In this document: in pieces, positions 44,083 to 58,900 of the stretch
Position numbering within the stretch: position 1 is the first letter of the stretch
How the letters are laid out: every line of letters starts with the position of its first letter
NCBI RefSeq assembly: GCF_000150275.1
Contig: NW_002060957.1
Location: forward strand, 1,042,445-1,106,444
DNA length: 64,000 bases
Source: Trichoplax adhaerens
Lineage: Eukaryota > Animalia > Placozoa
Direction of reading: 5' to 3'
Program-made: the position numbers and the translations under genes
Notes under the pieces: generated by a model
Told to the model about the DNA's origin: nothing
Database searches by the model: none
What the model saw: only the letters and a program-made list of their open reading frames with translations

Positions 44083-46698
44083 AGAGAACGATTTATAAAA
44101 CCTATTTTATGTAGCAAAATTATTTTTAATTTGCTCAATATTTTCAATCTATGTACCATAAATTTTTTTATAGCTTAATAAGCAGTAATTTTGCATGTGT
44201 CATTTGCGGAATGTTCTGCAGCTATCCTTAAAAAAATCCATACTAAGAAAATGTGATATTTTATCAGAACGAATATGCATCAAGTAAAGCATTGCACGAC
44301 TACCGTGAGTTATCATTTAGTCAACTATGAAGAAATCAGTCGGTACCGATCGATTTCAAAACTCATGCTATTTGAGGCTGTACCATTTATTGTATCGTTA
44401 AGTACTTGATAAAATGAGTTTTTGCTCAAAGGTGTAAGTTCCATAATGTTCAATATTTTTATTATCAGATTTACTTTAAAAAGTTCATCAATAAATAATT
44501 CGAATCAGCGGCTTGGTTATAACTGTAAAAGTTTGCAGCATTTCTGACATGGTATTATTACAACGCTCCATATATTCATGTTATTGGTGACGTTTAGATG
44601 TATAGGTTAATAATGGTAGGAATGCGTATGAAGGAAGATTTGCAGACAAGCATAATATTGTCGTAATAATTGTTTTTGTCAGACTTATCCTTATTACTAA
44701 TGTAGGCTTGTTAAGTAATTCTTACCAAATGTTGATATTAACTATGATCTTGATTAAGTACAGTATTTAAATGTTGGTTATATACGACTAGAAGGATTGC
44801 ATTACAATGCCAAAATCACACGATAGAGTAGCTTAACAGAGTAATCTTTTTTACCGGTGTATCAAACAAAATTGAAAGCCATAGATTTTTTATATCTCAT
44901 TGATTATATTAATATTCTTAACGGAATTTTTAACTGTTAAGGAACCTTAATTGCCCCTAGATGGTAGTAAAATCTATTCTATTAACTTGTTGTTGTAATA
45001 TTATCTTAGTAATCTTGCTTGAATGCTAAATTGCTAGCACTTACTATCCCTTGATGCTAGTTATATATTTATTACTAAATAATGAATTTTTTTTAATGCT
45101 ATACATAGAAGGCTATAAATAAAACGATTTTTTATTTATACCCGAGACTAGCCTGCACATGGGCATGAAGAACTTGTAAAATACTACGTGATCTGTAAAA
45201 TGTTTTTGTCGTAAATGAATTTCTGTGGTCCTGATATAATTTTAGAAAGTATAAACCGATATTTAAATTTGTTAGAGGGATTACTGGAGCAGGTTTCTTT
45301 CTTGCAATATGAGTACTACGCATATATATAGAATTCTTTGATACTTTTGGTAATCTTAAGCCAAAATGTAGAATTATAAGTATTTTATCCGGCCTATAAT
45401 TTCTAAATGGATTGGTGCTTTAAAATTATTTTGTACACACACAATATGTAATTGTAATAGGCAAAATAATTTCATTCTTATAAATACTGTAACTGTAATT
45501 CGAAATATCATATGATATACCAATAAATCTGCATAAAAGCAGTGGCATGGATATTAGTAGCAGCATCAAGTGATATTACATCATAAATATGGTAGCACAA
45601 CAAGAGAAATACAATAAATGAAATACATGAATAGATAAATTTATTGTCGGATAATATTGAAATCGATTTCATTTCTCTTCTAAATTAACTTTCCTATAGA
45701 ATTTCCAGCCAGTTAGTTAATATGTGGCGACATTGATACACCAAATGGCGAGTAGCCTGTACTCTATAAAATGATGAACCGTGTAAATATCGTATAGCAC
45801 AATTTGGACATAGTTAATAAAGAAATTCAATTGATAGTCGTATCAGCTATAACAAGAGGATTTCAGAATCGCACTATATATCTGCGCCAGTCTATCTCAT
45901 TCTACTTTGGCTTCCTCCTATAGCCTGCTTTCATTAAGATTACAAATAATTTTAAGTCGATCATTGTTGCATAGTTACAATGCCAAATTAATTTCAATAA
46001 AACTATATCGTCGAATTATAGTGTTCCTTTATTACTTTTGCGAATCAATTTTTTCCTCTTCAGATACTCTTTTTGTAGTACTAGAACAATCAGTTCGTTC
46101 TTTAAATTACTATTCAACAAATACGTGAAAACACATATCAATTATCGAGATGGAATACTGAGTAAACCGTTTTTCGTAATTGAAATGTTTTTCTATCCCA
46201 ATTTTACAAATTTAAACAGTTGAGAAAGAAATAGACCATTCCTGGATGAGGATGATGGCCATATACTATTCGCATATAATAAAAAAATAATTTAATCCTA
46301 TATTGACTGAATCTCGTTTTAATTGTTTTTAATTAAGGTATTATAAAATTTTTTTCAATAAATTAATGGCAATATAAAGGATTTAATCAAAGTGTAAACT
46401 ATGGCAATTTATCTATACCAAGGACACTAGAACTTATTTATGACGAGATTTTGACAGCTTTCATTAGTTAAATATACTTAATTAAATCGATGATTTGAAT
46501 TCAAGAAGAAGTCATAGAATAAAGGACCAAAAATAGAAGTTTAATATCCTTTTACATAATGGTTGTATAAACTAATAAATAATCAAGAATAATTCTTATA
46601 ATCATAGCAGCTATCCTGTTTCCTTAAACTAAGGTCATCCTCTTATTGTATTAAATTAAAGAATATATGGTAGTTAACGTTTGAATTCATTCTCAGCC

Positions 46699-47814
46699 TT
46701 ATTTTGTACGTGTTATGATATATAAAACGAGAAATATAATTGGATTAGTTAAACCGTTCACTGTGAATAGTAGAATGGATATGGTACCAATTGGACGAGA
46801 TTGTGATATATCTATAAGTTTGTTGTCTGATGTAAAAAAAATAACCCAAAACACGCTTGGTGTCCAGCATAAAATATTACTTAAGACAATTAATCCATTG
46901 CAAATAATGCTATATTCAGCATATCGATTAGAACGACGAAAGCTGGTCAAAGATGGGCTTTCTTGCTTCTGTGAATCTAATCGAGCTTTACGCAATCGTA
47001 AAGTAATTACGATATAGACAATTAGAGTAATCAAATATATAAGGGCAATATTCATGGTAATAAAAATAGCGAAACCAGCAACATTAGTATTTTGTAAATT
47101 ATCAATTAAGCAAAGATTACTGTACCAGCTAGGTAATATTGGATGTGATTGATTAAAATGACGATGAGAATAATACGAGATAGGTTCCGAAGTAGCCGTA
47201 TTAATGACAATGATACAAGTAGCGCAACCCCAACCGATGGCAAGTAGCCAAATGCCGAAACAAATCATTAGGCCACCTTTGAAAGTTGAACGACGATTTA
47301 ATTTGAGTGGATAAAGAAGGAGAATTAAACGATCGGCAGTAATGGCCAATGTGAAACAAGCAGAAGCTAAACACCCTGCAATAGCAATAAACCGTAAAAA
47401 GTGGCAGAGACGACTTTGGCTCCATCTTGATGGTCGATCATTCCAAACTGTAATGCATCCATTATAACTACCATTGCATTGCGTAATTTCATCTACCGTC
47501 AAGATAGAAATGTCACAAATAGCCAATATAGTAATATACAAACATGAGAAGATATCAGCGAGACTTAAATTAAAAAAAAATAATGATGCTACTCGGCTTA
47601 ATTTACGGTCTTTTTTCTTTACGAGTATAAATGCATAACTGAGATTTCTACGTTTTGAACTTGTATGAGTAGCATGATTAATTCTAACCGATGGTCGTAT
47701 GTATTTCCATGTCATTTTAATAACACCAATATTAGCTAGTAGACCAAGTGGTCCGCATAACCATGCAATAATTTTAGCAGTCAATACACGATTAAAAACA
47801 TAAAGACTGATCAT
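46699..47814 (-). CDS. Rhodopsin-class GPCR, LGR/relaxin-receptor-like 7TM domain, single long exon, no LRR ectodomain seen
   Basis: Seven hydrophobic segments with LGR-type motifs W..G..G..AN..V, NLSLAD....LY, W..S..C, AITADR, N.LCW.P and NGLTNPIIF. Confidence 0.88.
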   Translation of the reverse strand: MISLYVFNRVLTAKIIAWLCGPLGLLANIGVIKMTWKYIRPSVRINHATHTSSKRRNLSYAFILVKKKDRKLSRVASLFFFNLSLADIFSCLYITILAICDISILTVDEITQCNGSYNGCITVWNDRPSRWSQSRLCHFLRFIAIAGCLASACFTLAITADRLILLLYPLKLNRRSTFKGGLMICFGIWLLAIGWGCATCIIVINTATSEPISYYSHRHFNQSHPILPSWYSNLCLIDNLQNTNVAGFAIFITMNIALIYLITLIVYIVITLRLRKARLDSQKQESPSLTSFRRSNRYAEYSIICNGLIVLSNILCWTPSVFWVIFFTSDNKLIDISQSRPIGTISILLFTVNGLTNPIIFLVLYIITRTK

Positions 47815-50800
47815 GCTTTTACTTTCGAAATTAGTACGCAGTCGATGAAAGGGCGAAAATTGAGCATAGATTGATCGAAGCTATCTTGAGACAGATTATT
47901 CCCCAATTCTTAGTATGGCCATCCGTAAATGCAATCGATAATGGATATGAAACTCAATCTAGATTGTCGATATCACCTTTAAGTCATGATATTGAAGTTG
48001 AATATACTTTAGAAATTATAAATCTAGTTATATCTTTTTCTTTCGACAATTTATCTTTCGCCTGCGATAAAATTTTAAATATGTAAAAATCAGCTAAATT
48101 TCATGGATATCAAAGTAATTTATAATAGTAAGACATAATAGATCACAATTGAAGATCAAGTTGTTTTGATATAAAAATAAAAGGCCGATGCCAATGTAAA
48201 TTATTGATGAATAGAAAACAGCGGTAATTGTAAAATATGCTGTTCTAATAGCGTGTGGGCCAACAGATATATTATTGAGTTAACTTTTGTTTGTCTTTAA
48301 GTTATTCATTGAAATATAAGCCTATTCGTCTTACTCCTTTACCTAATTTGCAAACTTGCCTATTTGCGTGTAGACAGCAAGAATGACTTCAGGTAATAAA
48401 TCTTTTGATAGCATGACGTAAAGGAACAAAGCTGAATTCGGAATCAATTGTTGCTCTGTAAAATGTTGTGATAATAAGTTGATAAATGATATCTTGAACC
48501 GAAGATTAATTTAGTACGGAGGAATAAATCAAGTCATTTATCTTCATTCCCTACTCTTGAATTAAACGAAAAGAATTGAATTGACTTGAAATTTTACCGG
48601 ACGATTTTATATTTATTATTCTAAATCTTTAACGCGCCTTAAATCTTGAATACCACGGTAGCCGACGTTAATATCGTCTATTATTTCTATTTTGAATAGA
48701 AATCAACAATGATTGTTATAAATCTGTCCTAGGTACGGGTGAATGGAAAAACGTTGCAGCTTAATTTGGTTGATAGTGTTGACATATTTTGCTTTGATTA
48801 TTTATAATTATAAGAGGGTCATGTTCAAAAGACAAATCACTTCTCTATAGTTACGTTTTCAATCAAGTCTGGTGCAGTATCCATATTCAATGCCTACCGA
48901 TTTGCTTACTTTGATCCTTTATTATAATAGAATAACCCTTAGGTTTTAATTAATTATGGAATTTTTTCTTTTTTATGGTGTTCCAGATAGATTATTAACC
49001 ATTGATAAATATTACCGAAGAATAAGCGTCATCTACTCTACAGACAATAGTGTCTATTTTATATTCTATTGAGTGATGAGCACATAAGTGTGATTGAATA
49101 ATATTTCTAATAGAGATATTGGATTATATGCTATCATCAATATGGCTTATGGAAATTTAATAATATAGATAAAAAAAGCTTAATTTAATAAAAGCAATAT
49201 GGAAAATGGATAAGAAAGTGGTGTGAATGATTTTAAATAATATAAAAATCGACATTTTGGAGGAAAATTTTTAATCATTCACAATCTGCAATGGTTATGA
49301 TAGATTTGCTTGTACTCTATATGTTATCATTATACGTGTATGATTAAATTACGCCATTCCTCCGATATCAATACCAATAAAAATTTTAAATGCTGATTAA
49401 TTTAAATAAATATCAGAAAAAGACCATTTATAAATTAAATAAATTCATCTTCCGCTTGTGTTGTGATACTGACTATATTATCACGATTCACAGATTTGCT
49501 TTGTTGATCCAGTTTGATAATATACGATAAGTAGTTTTTTCGCAAATTGTAAATTTATATCAATTTTGAATTTACGTTTGAGGATAGTCCCGTTGACTAT
49601 GACTAATACTGTATTGATGGCCACGTTTCAGAACAAAAAGGGGTAAAACAAGATCAGTTTTTAACCAAACAATAGCACCACCAACAATAGTACCATAAGG
49701 AAGCTTAGAATAATTCCTAGAACATGGATCAGTGTAGGGTCAATCAATTCATGGAAACGTACTATCCCTAGATTGCTATCTATGGAACTTAAATATTAAA
49801 CAGCTAATTTGGTTGTAGAACAAGAGGTTCGTCGCTAAACTTGTCAATATTGATAATATATCATGATTAATTTTTGTTTGCTAGGAATGGAACAAGGGGA
49901 TATTACTATTTTCAAGGTGAACTACAATAAATAAAGGATGAAATTGAGAAGTATAAAATGTATGCAGTAATAATTAAATGAGATAGACTACGAGCTAAAT
50001 GATTGAAAGTCAAATTTAATTTATACTAAAAGTATTAATATTGCTTTGGATTATTTAGTAATAGTAAAAGTTATTTAGACTAAGTATTACTTCCGCCTAA
50101 TTTTGTTAAAAATTTAGCGAAAAATATTATAAGCAGCTGATCGAGTTATTGCTTAACTTAAAATTGTTTTTATATAATTTTTTATAGTCAATTTTCAATG
50201 TTAGCTAAAATAGCGTGCTTAATGTGGGATTGATTTACGAAGCACGTCTATCCACTTTGATAGAGATATTACCACTTAATTATTTATTTTTTGCATCAGC
50301 AATTATTCAAGGATGAGGTGATTTAAAACTGCAGCATTAAAGAGATAGTAATAAAAGACTTTAATCTAAAATGTCAGATTTATTGAATTTTAGACAAGCT
50401 TAAATACGTACTGGTACAGGTCATCAAGAATCGACTGCAAAAAGGTCTCAATTTTTTAGGCTAATTATGTGTAGATTTCAATGTAAAGACGGATTTTATT
50501 TATTTATTTTGAGTTATGTTTAAATATAAATCGTTAAAGAATTAATTACATGAAGATTTCAATCTAATAATATGAGATTTATCGAATTTTAAAACAGGCT
50601 GAAATACAGAGTATTAGAGAATTAAGCGCATGGAGTTTTAAGCCTATCGTCGATCACCCATCCAATGCAACTTTTTGTATTTTGATAGTTGATAACATGA
50701 CGACAATGTCTTATTACGCAATTGATCATCTTATAAAGTTATTGCTTCCTGAAAGATAAAAGGACGCGATCTTGACTCCGTTGAATAGGATGTTATTACT

Positions 50801-51866
50801 AGTGTAACTTATTTCACTAGTATTGTACATAATATTTACATATGTTTTCAAATTTATTAGAGCATATTTTTCTTGTCTTCCACGCATTTCTTTGTTATTT
50901 TATATCTAAAATTTATGAACTTGTTTTGAATAGTATTTGTTATAAGCGTCAGTTGAAAAGATGGCAATGAGAGCTACTGAATAAAATAATGATAGCGTCT
51001 AACTTTTTTGCTTAGTTAAAGGTACAGTAGTAACTGCTATATATTAATTTTACTTAAACCACGCTTTACTATACATTTCAGCATTTGCCATATCTAATAG
51101 AAATTTTACACAAAGATACCTAAAGACAAATGGGTAATCTTTTATATTTGTGACACAAAGTAGAGCACATTGACGAAGAGAATTTCTAGCCTATCAAATT
51201 GTCTCTTAAAAATAGTCGATATATTAACTAGTTATATCGGTAAAAAGTTGGCTGTCATCGAATAAAGAAATGAAAATTCATGGAGTGCTGCTATTACTAT
51301 ACCTGCATTGAGCATTAATTAATGTATTCAAAACAGAAGATAAAAATGCCTGTAATTCCTTTAATAAAGCTGCAATAGGTATCATGACTTTTATCTTGTT
51401 GATGGCTTTTTTTATTGCTAAATAATTTCGAAGGTTGTAAATAAGAATAAAACTAATGAAATTTATTTGCTATTAGCCATGCCAGCGGAGCTGATCAATC
51501 AATTATTCCAATATATATCCTAATCTAATTTAACTGTAAAATTTTCTTTCAACGGTATAAAGCAGTTAACAAGGTTCAAACTTAATAGTAGCAGATTCAA
51601 TTTCTGAACGAAGTTTTTTATCGTAAGAATTAGTACGGTATAATTGAATTTAATAAGTAGTATAAGAACCTGTTTAATTAAGGCTATGCTTTCAATTCGT
51701 TTTCTATTTGCTGTCTAAATTTTATTATTTTATCAATTTGAAATTATTCTTTACACTCTATCAGGTTTTCGGTCGACAGTTTATGACGGAAGATAACATA
51801 TTTACCTAGGAGATAAGTCATTTTGAGAGAAAGTAGTGTCTGTACGCTATTAGAAATCATCAAAAG

Positions 51867-52110
51867 AATGTGATAGGATGATAAAGCGAACAAAATAAAT
51901 CAATTTTTACGACTTTTAGAATAATTCCTTGTGTTTAGAACAACGGTAATTACTACATATTTTTGTGGCCCTCTGTATCAACAGATGAAATGTGATAGGA
52001 TGGTAAAGAGAAGAAAATAATTAATTTTTATAACTTTAGAATAATTTATTGTATTTAGATCACCGATAATTACTATACATTCTTGAGATTCATTATATCA
52101 ACGGAACTTG
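51867..52110. repeat. ~122-bp direct tandem duplication
   Basis: AATGTGATAGGATG.TAAAG.GAA.AAAATAA..AATTTTTA..ACTTT.AGAATAATT..TTGT.TTTAGA.CA.CG.TAATTACTA occurs at ~51867 and ~51989. Confidence 0.8.
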
Positions 52111-52960
52111 GTCCGAATAGTCAAAGTAGCCAAAATTAATTTTATTGATCAATTTTATGCTGTTTATTACATGTAGAGCACTGGTAATAAATATATTGCA
52201 GGAAATCAAATGCTCAGTTTTACGACGTGATCAATATATTCAATCTATCTTCATAAATAACAGCACTATATCGGCTTTCAGATAATAAATTTTCACCTCC
52301 TACTTTGGTTTTAGTCGCTGTAAAGTGACAATATGATTGTTTTATAGATTATACACTAACTGGCTATTTTTACACAGTTGATGGCAATATCGTGTATCAT
52401 GTTCATATACACTATTCTAACATATTTAGTATAACGAACAAGAAAATTTTAAACTAATTTCTATTGTAGCTTTGTCTATATCGACGGATGCCATGCCGTT
52501 TTCTACATTCATAACCTCAAGCATTGTATAGCATTTGCAGAATTAAAGTTGATATAATAATAAAGTCTAGGTCTACAGCATATATAAAATTGATATGCAT
52601 ATGCAGTAAACGGACGCCTGAAAGAATAATGAAAATAATTAATGCTGAAAATTTCAGTGTTAAATATACAAAATTTCTGCATAAATTTATCATCACTCCA
52701 TATGATACCATATGGTGGTAAACTAAATTTATAACTTGGATGAGATCACTAGGATAGCATCACGCTTGCGTTGTTAACTTCTATGTATAGATATGGTATA
52801 AATACCGAATCAGTTACGTAGCCATCTGCAAGGACGCTAATCTGAAGGCTAATAGAAAATATCAGATCGCTTACGTAGCCAATTATAGTTCAAGGACACC
52901 AAACTGACTGAGGGTAGCAATAGAATAAACTTTCAGTTTTAATATATAATATCGATATAG

Positions 52961-55900
52961 TGGAGAAATTATCGGGTATGTCGAAAAGTTAAAAATTTTA
53001 AACAAGTATTATCAGCTTACTCGCTATGTCAGACCCTCAATATTTAAGATTTGGAGATCAGATTGCCCTATATTGCCAAGACTCTCGCGGTTATGTATTT
53101 TCTCAGTTAACTTGGTAAGAACTCTGCTACTTCATATAACGAAGTGCTAGACTACAGTATTGTTGATGGATACATAATTTTGAACTCATATAATAGCTAA
53201 AAATTCATTTGGCATTCTTCCTTCCATTTGGAATCAATTATTTATTTCTTTGAATGTACAGTGAACCAAATATCATGGATGTTAATAATAAATTCAAACT
53301 AGAAAGCACTTCCTAACTATCAATGCCATTGTGTTTTCATTCCTAATTAATATCTTTAGTTTATGTATTGATCGAATTATTACATTTCATTATCCAATAC
53401 TGTACGTTGTGTAAGGCAGCAATCTAATTACAACAAGAATGAGATATCTAACGAAATCTATCAAATTTTACATTAATTTTGAACCGTATTTTTAGTTCCC
53501 AACATTCTCGAATCGCAATCGGTGCTAACGATAGACAAGGCCAGAATGTACCTGATTTAAAATGTAAGTATGCTGATAGATATGGTATAAATCACTGAGA
53601 AATTTTTAAAAGTTTTGATTGATTATTAGAATTAAATGTGTTCGAATTTTGCCAGCTGTAATATCATACTAAGATATACTTTTTATACTATTAAGATTAC
53701 ATCTCTTTCGAAATTGATATTATGGCCTTTTGCTACTTGTTGCGTTCTTCAGTTCCATTACAAATAAACAGATCGCTATAAAACTACCATTAAATTATAT
53801 GACATCTTCTTTGATTATATATAATTAATTCAATAGGATCTACTTTGATTTAGATCATTTACTATTCCGCTTATGGCTAGATATGAAGGCTATATGTAGC
53901 TCGTGATGGTTATCACAATGATCTGTTACTTATTATGATGTCTAATCATATTACTGTAGAGATAAACTACCATACAGTTTTATTACTATCTTACTAAATG
54001 CTTTAACTTGGTTGTAATACTCATATACTGATTATACTAGAGTATAATAAGTTACATTGTAGAAGCATATTTTGATAAATTAATATATTGATTACATAAT
54101 ATGAAGGTGCCTTGTTTCAACCTTTGCCACCAACTCGATTCAAGGCACAAGATAGATTAGCTGAGCTAAAATCGAGGTAACCTTGATCATGATCACGTAT
54201 TCAATTGATTGCAGTCAGAGTCAGACAGATCGTAGATTTTATACTTGCAATATATTTAGCAACTAGTTTCATATAAACTATTGCAGTTATTCAAAGCTTG
54301 AACCAAACCACAGTGTATCTTTGGCATTTAACAAAATTATGCTCTTTAAGACTATATATATAGTACATGTAATTCTGTAACTTTACCAAAATAGCATCGA
54401 CGAGTTACTAATTTAAATTGCACTTATATTTCAGATTTAACAATCAAAGTGGATTAGGTGTAAAGGATGTTGAAGAATTAGAAGACGCTGAGGTTAGACA
54501 TGTTTCATAAAATGTTTTCGCTATTCAACTTTAGTTATTGCCATTATTAATCGTAACAGTTTTTAGATTTTAATTGAAATAGCATTATGACTGATATCGC
54601 TTACAGGTGTAACATTATGATCTTATATAGAAGATGCCTAGTATAGTAATATCCTAATATACGAATACTTATCATATACCGTTTAAGTACTGTATTGTAT
54701 TACATTCATAATGTACGACATCATGACTACATATAGACGACATGCTATACATATAAAGACATTATCTCAATCTCATCTAAAACCTATAAATACCCTTGTA
54801 CGCTAACTTGTTAGTCAGTTCCTACATTCCTGCTATCTCAAATACCTTATCTATAACAACCATATCATTGTTAGCCTGTAACTTGTATCTCAATAAAATC
54901 CTTTATACCTTCTATCATCGTCTACCTTAAAATACTTTACGCTACTTAAAGAAGATATTATTACATACAGGAAGCTGCAGTATCTGAAATAGAGGAAAAT
55001 CGAAATGAATCTAAAAATCTAGCTGCAAGTATTCTGGTCTATGGTCAAGTTATCCAGGTAGCATCTGCAGTAGCTGATCCCTAAAATTTAGCTGTAATAT
55101 TGGATTTTGATTATAATTTTCGGATTTGACAACTGTTTTATTATGCTACATAAAGCGTTTTCTCATGCGATTAAAATGACCAATAACGTAAAAATGAATT
55201 TGGTGATTAATTACAAATAACAACCACATCATATAGTATAAACGGACTATAATTCTGCATTCTAAAATCAAGAATTCGCGTAATCGAGTAACTGTAATTC
55301 ATTCATTTTTTAAATTAATTTTAAGATTATGCTCATGGTGCACATATAATCTTATAGCACTCAAATAGAATCAAATCGATGATAAATCTAAAGCCATATC
55401 TTACTGAGTGCCTTCTCTTTCATAGTTATTTCATATATTTACAGCAAGATTTGTGGGAATCGATCCAAACACCCCTTCTTGTGTAGAAAGGTTAAATAAG
55501 AAGGTAGGCGTAGATAACATTTCGAAGATTGTTGTAATTTGTCTTGAAATTTCGTCGGCAAGCTCTGATTTTAATCGAATTATACCGTACACCTATGTCT
55601 TAAATGCAAGTATATGAAATAGATTAATTAAAATTTTCATTTGATGAAAGGTAAAATTATTTCAAACAAGCAATAGCCAATCTCTGTTTAAAATTGTACC
55701 AAGATCGAAAGTCAAACTGAACGGCGATAAGGTAGATAAAATCTGTAGCTCTCTATCCATGATGGAATGATTGTTATGCTAGTAAAGAAGTAGCTTCGCA
55801 TAAAGATAAATCATTCTGACCAGTCGTATAAATCTTGTAGTCAAAATATGCCTCAAAAATTAGATTGGGTATTAGCTTACAACAGAATAAGGTGGATAAC

Positions 55901-58900
55901 TGAAGACTATTTTGTAGCTATACTAATATAGCGTATTTTATTGTAGATATCTTTAAATGATCATGTCATCTTCGAAAGCATTGCATATCCCGATTATTAC
56001 CTACATTGTAGCCGGGGAACATACGGTTACAATGAAATCGAGAGAGGAAGGTTAGTATCAGATTACAATTAGGATATTTTAATTGATTTGGCATTCTTTA
56101 CTGTAGATGATTATATGATTATATGAACTTGTAATTTTTTTCTCTATCTTTAAAAAGCTATGAATTAGATCTTTCTGTTTTAAAAACTGAATATACCCTT
56201 GGGCTTCATTATCGACCATCCCTCTATCCGGAACACGATCAGTTTATAAAGGTATCTCTAAGCTTGAAGGTTATTGTAGTGAGTGGGCTTGTAGTAAAAA
56301 TTAAATAAAAATTATGGACACCTTGCTTCTATCCCTCTAAATGGTAAAAACGGATAAAAGCCTAATATAGGAAGGATACACAAGTATAGCATAATTTCAT
56401 TATCAGAGTTGTAAGCAATGCTATTAAACCGCAGTTTAGTTTGTATGATCGGAAACGTAGACCTAATCCTGCTGCCGTAGTTTCGTACAATTTTATATAT
56501 ATTATATTGAAAATAATAAAATGTTTACAAGTTCTAAGCATTGATCATTCTAATCAACTTTCTCTTTACTTAGCCTGGTAGTGTGCTACAGCTATTTCAT
56601 CATGAAGTTAAGGGTTACCTTACAGCAGAAGGATCTTTCTTTGATAAGGAAATCATTGAAGAACGTAAGTTAATATCAGGGGTAAAATGTCGTAGAGGAA
56701 GAAATCGATCTATCGCCAGTTATCGTTTGCTCTGACAATTCTTATGTTAGTGATCAGTTAATGATCTTTGAATAAATTGAGTCTTTTCTGTACTGTTTCG
56801 TTTTTCATCTAAATGATACAAAGCTATTCTCAACTCCATAACCTGTAATGCTATATTGACTAACTAATCATCTAATTTGAAATAACAGCCCATATAGGAA
56901 TATGCAAAAATAAGTCAAATCTGTTACAATATCGCTTTCCAGTTAATTCTGCCCAGGTTTGTTGGCAAGTTGAATTCACCGATGTTAATCAAAGTTACGA
57001 AGGTAAAATTGATTCTGCTTTATTGCATGCAAGAGTGACTATATTTTATGCTGTAGCAGCATTAGCTATACAGTAAAAGGATTAGTCGTGAACACGATCA
57101 AAACCATAAGATTATCACCGTATTTGTATCACTATTAGGCCATTACTTAACTTGGAATCAACCTTTCCGCTTGCGCCATTTACCGTCCCGTCAATATTTA
57201 CGGGTTCGACAAAATAATAATACTGGTCTGATGCAAGTATGTCTATATTTCTCCATCAGTATTGAAATTATAAGAATGATGCATTTTCAGTTGAGAAGAT
57301 GTTTAGCCTGTTTCTTGTATCCAAACTAGTTTATTATCGATCAATATTTTACTTAGCGGAATTTAGTTAAAAGATGATTGAAGTAGGGTGTTGACAATAT
57401 TAATATCTAAGCTATGGACATTAATTGAAACTGAGTCTTTGCAGTTCTAAGATCTTTGATGAAATCCTACAAACCAAATTACTTTACATCTACAACATTT
57501 TCAATCACCTTGACATGCCGACGGCACTTAAACACAAAATACAGTCATAATTGATAACAATTTAAATCAATATCGTGAGCAACTATGAATGCTTGACAAC
57601 TACGGAAGGTTAATATATGAAAGTGCTTTATATGGCTTACAGAACAGTTAAAATTAGAATCGTTTGGCTTTATAAGTAAACTACTTGATTACGATGGTAA
57701 TTGACTGTAGATGAGTTTCTGCTTTCAAAATAATGTTAGATAGCATAAAAACCAGCAAGGACTGGAAATTCAATATTTGTAACTTAAAATGCTATATCCA
57801 AGTCATTCCAACCAAACTGGTATAGCATTGCAAAATTTCGATTAACTCATAGTATCTAGCTATAGTCAAAATCGGTTACAGTGCTTCTCATTTAGAAGAC
57901 GTAGTCGATAACAAAGCATAACTATAAAAATTGAACTGGCTATAAAGGATAGGAATGCTTCCTACGTATATGCAAGCATCAGTGCTTGTGCAATGTGCTT
58001 GTTATGATCATGCTACTCTACTACTACAGAAATCAAAGTAGACAGTTGCCAAGGACATATATGATGCAGTGTAATTATTTATATCTTGGTTTGCTAACTA
58101 TTTTAATATGCCTACTAGATTACAGCTGATACGATTACTGATGATAGTGAATATGAAGATTTTACTTTTTGCTTTCATTCTGTTATCAAGGTAAGCAATA
58201 TATGATAGTTATGGAAGCGCAGGAATCTAATCACTACCTGATAATTTTAAATATTAATCATCTATATCAAATTTAATAATTCAAATATAAAACTAACAGT
58301 AATGACGTTGAATATTGGCCGTAGGAACCTTTGGAACATATTTTAAATGACAGTTACGTTAGAATGGAACACATAGCAAGTCATTCTTGGCTACACGTTT
58401 GCAAAAGTAAGGGCAGAAAATGCTGTATTTTTGTGTGTTAGTCGAAATGGTAAAATTTATGGCTGCTTAATCTGATATATCTAATGGAGTAACGCTAATA
58501 CATCAATTAAGATCATTATATTCGCTCATCGAATGGTGGTAGCACTATTTCTGGATCTTCAGATCTAATGGACATAAAGTGGGAAGACAAGGAAACTTAT
58601 CAAGTAATTCTTCTCATACGATATTAAACTGATGAAGCTTATATGATGCAAACTACATGTATATACTTAATGTTATTCTATTTTCTCTCTATGCAGGTGG
58701 ACTTCGTCAAGATTTCCAAGTCTCACGACATATTTTGTGTTCAAGAGGTAATTTTATATTTAAAATTGCATTGAAAGTAAAATATCAGTTCGAAGGATAG
58801 AAATTTTAACGTTTGAGTACAAGTTCTTCTTTAGTAACAACTTCCTAAATTATGTACACAGGTTGATGAACAGTTGATTACTAGATTTAACTATGTCGCT

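Noticed and set aside
46715-47425. ORFs overlapping the GPCR, and similar antisense or alternative-frame ORFs over ALS2, NOP58 and the transposase
   Set aside because: Shadow ORFs of real coding exons.
48100-52900. Start exon of the IP3R-like gene or a further gene
   Set aside because: AT-rich sequence with small local duplications; no ATG exon could be assigned confidently.
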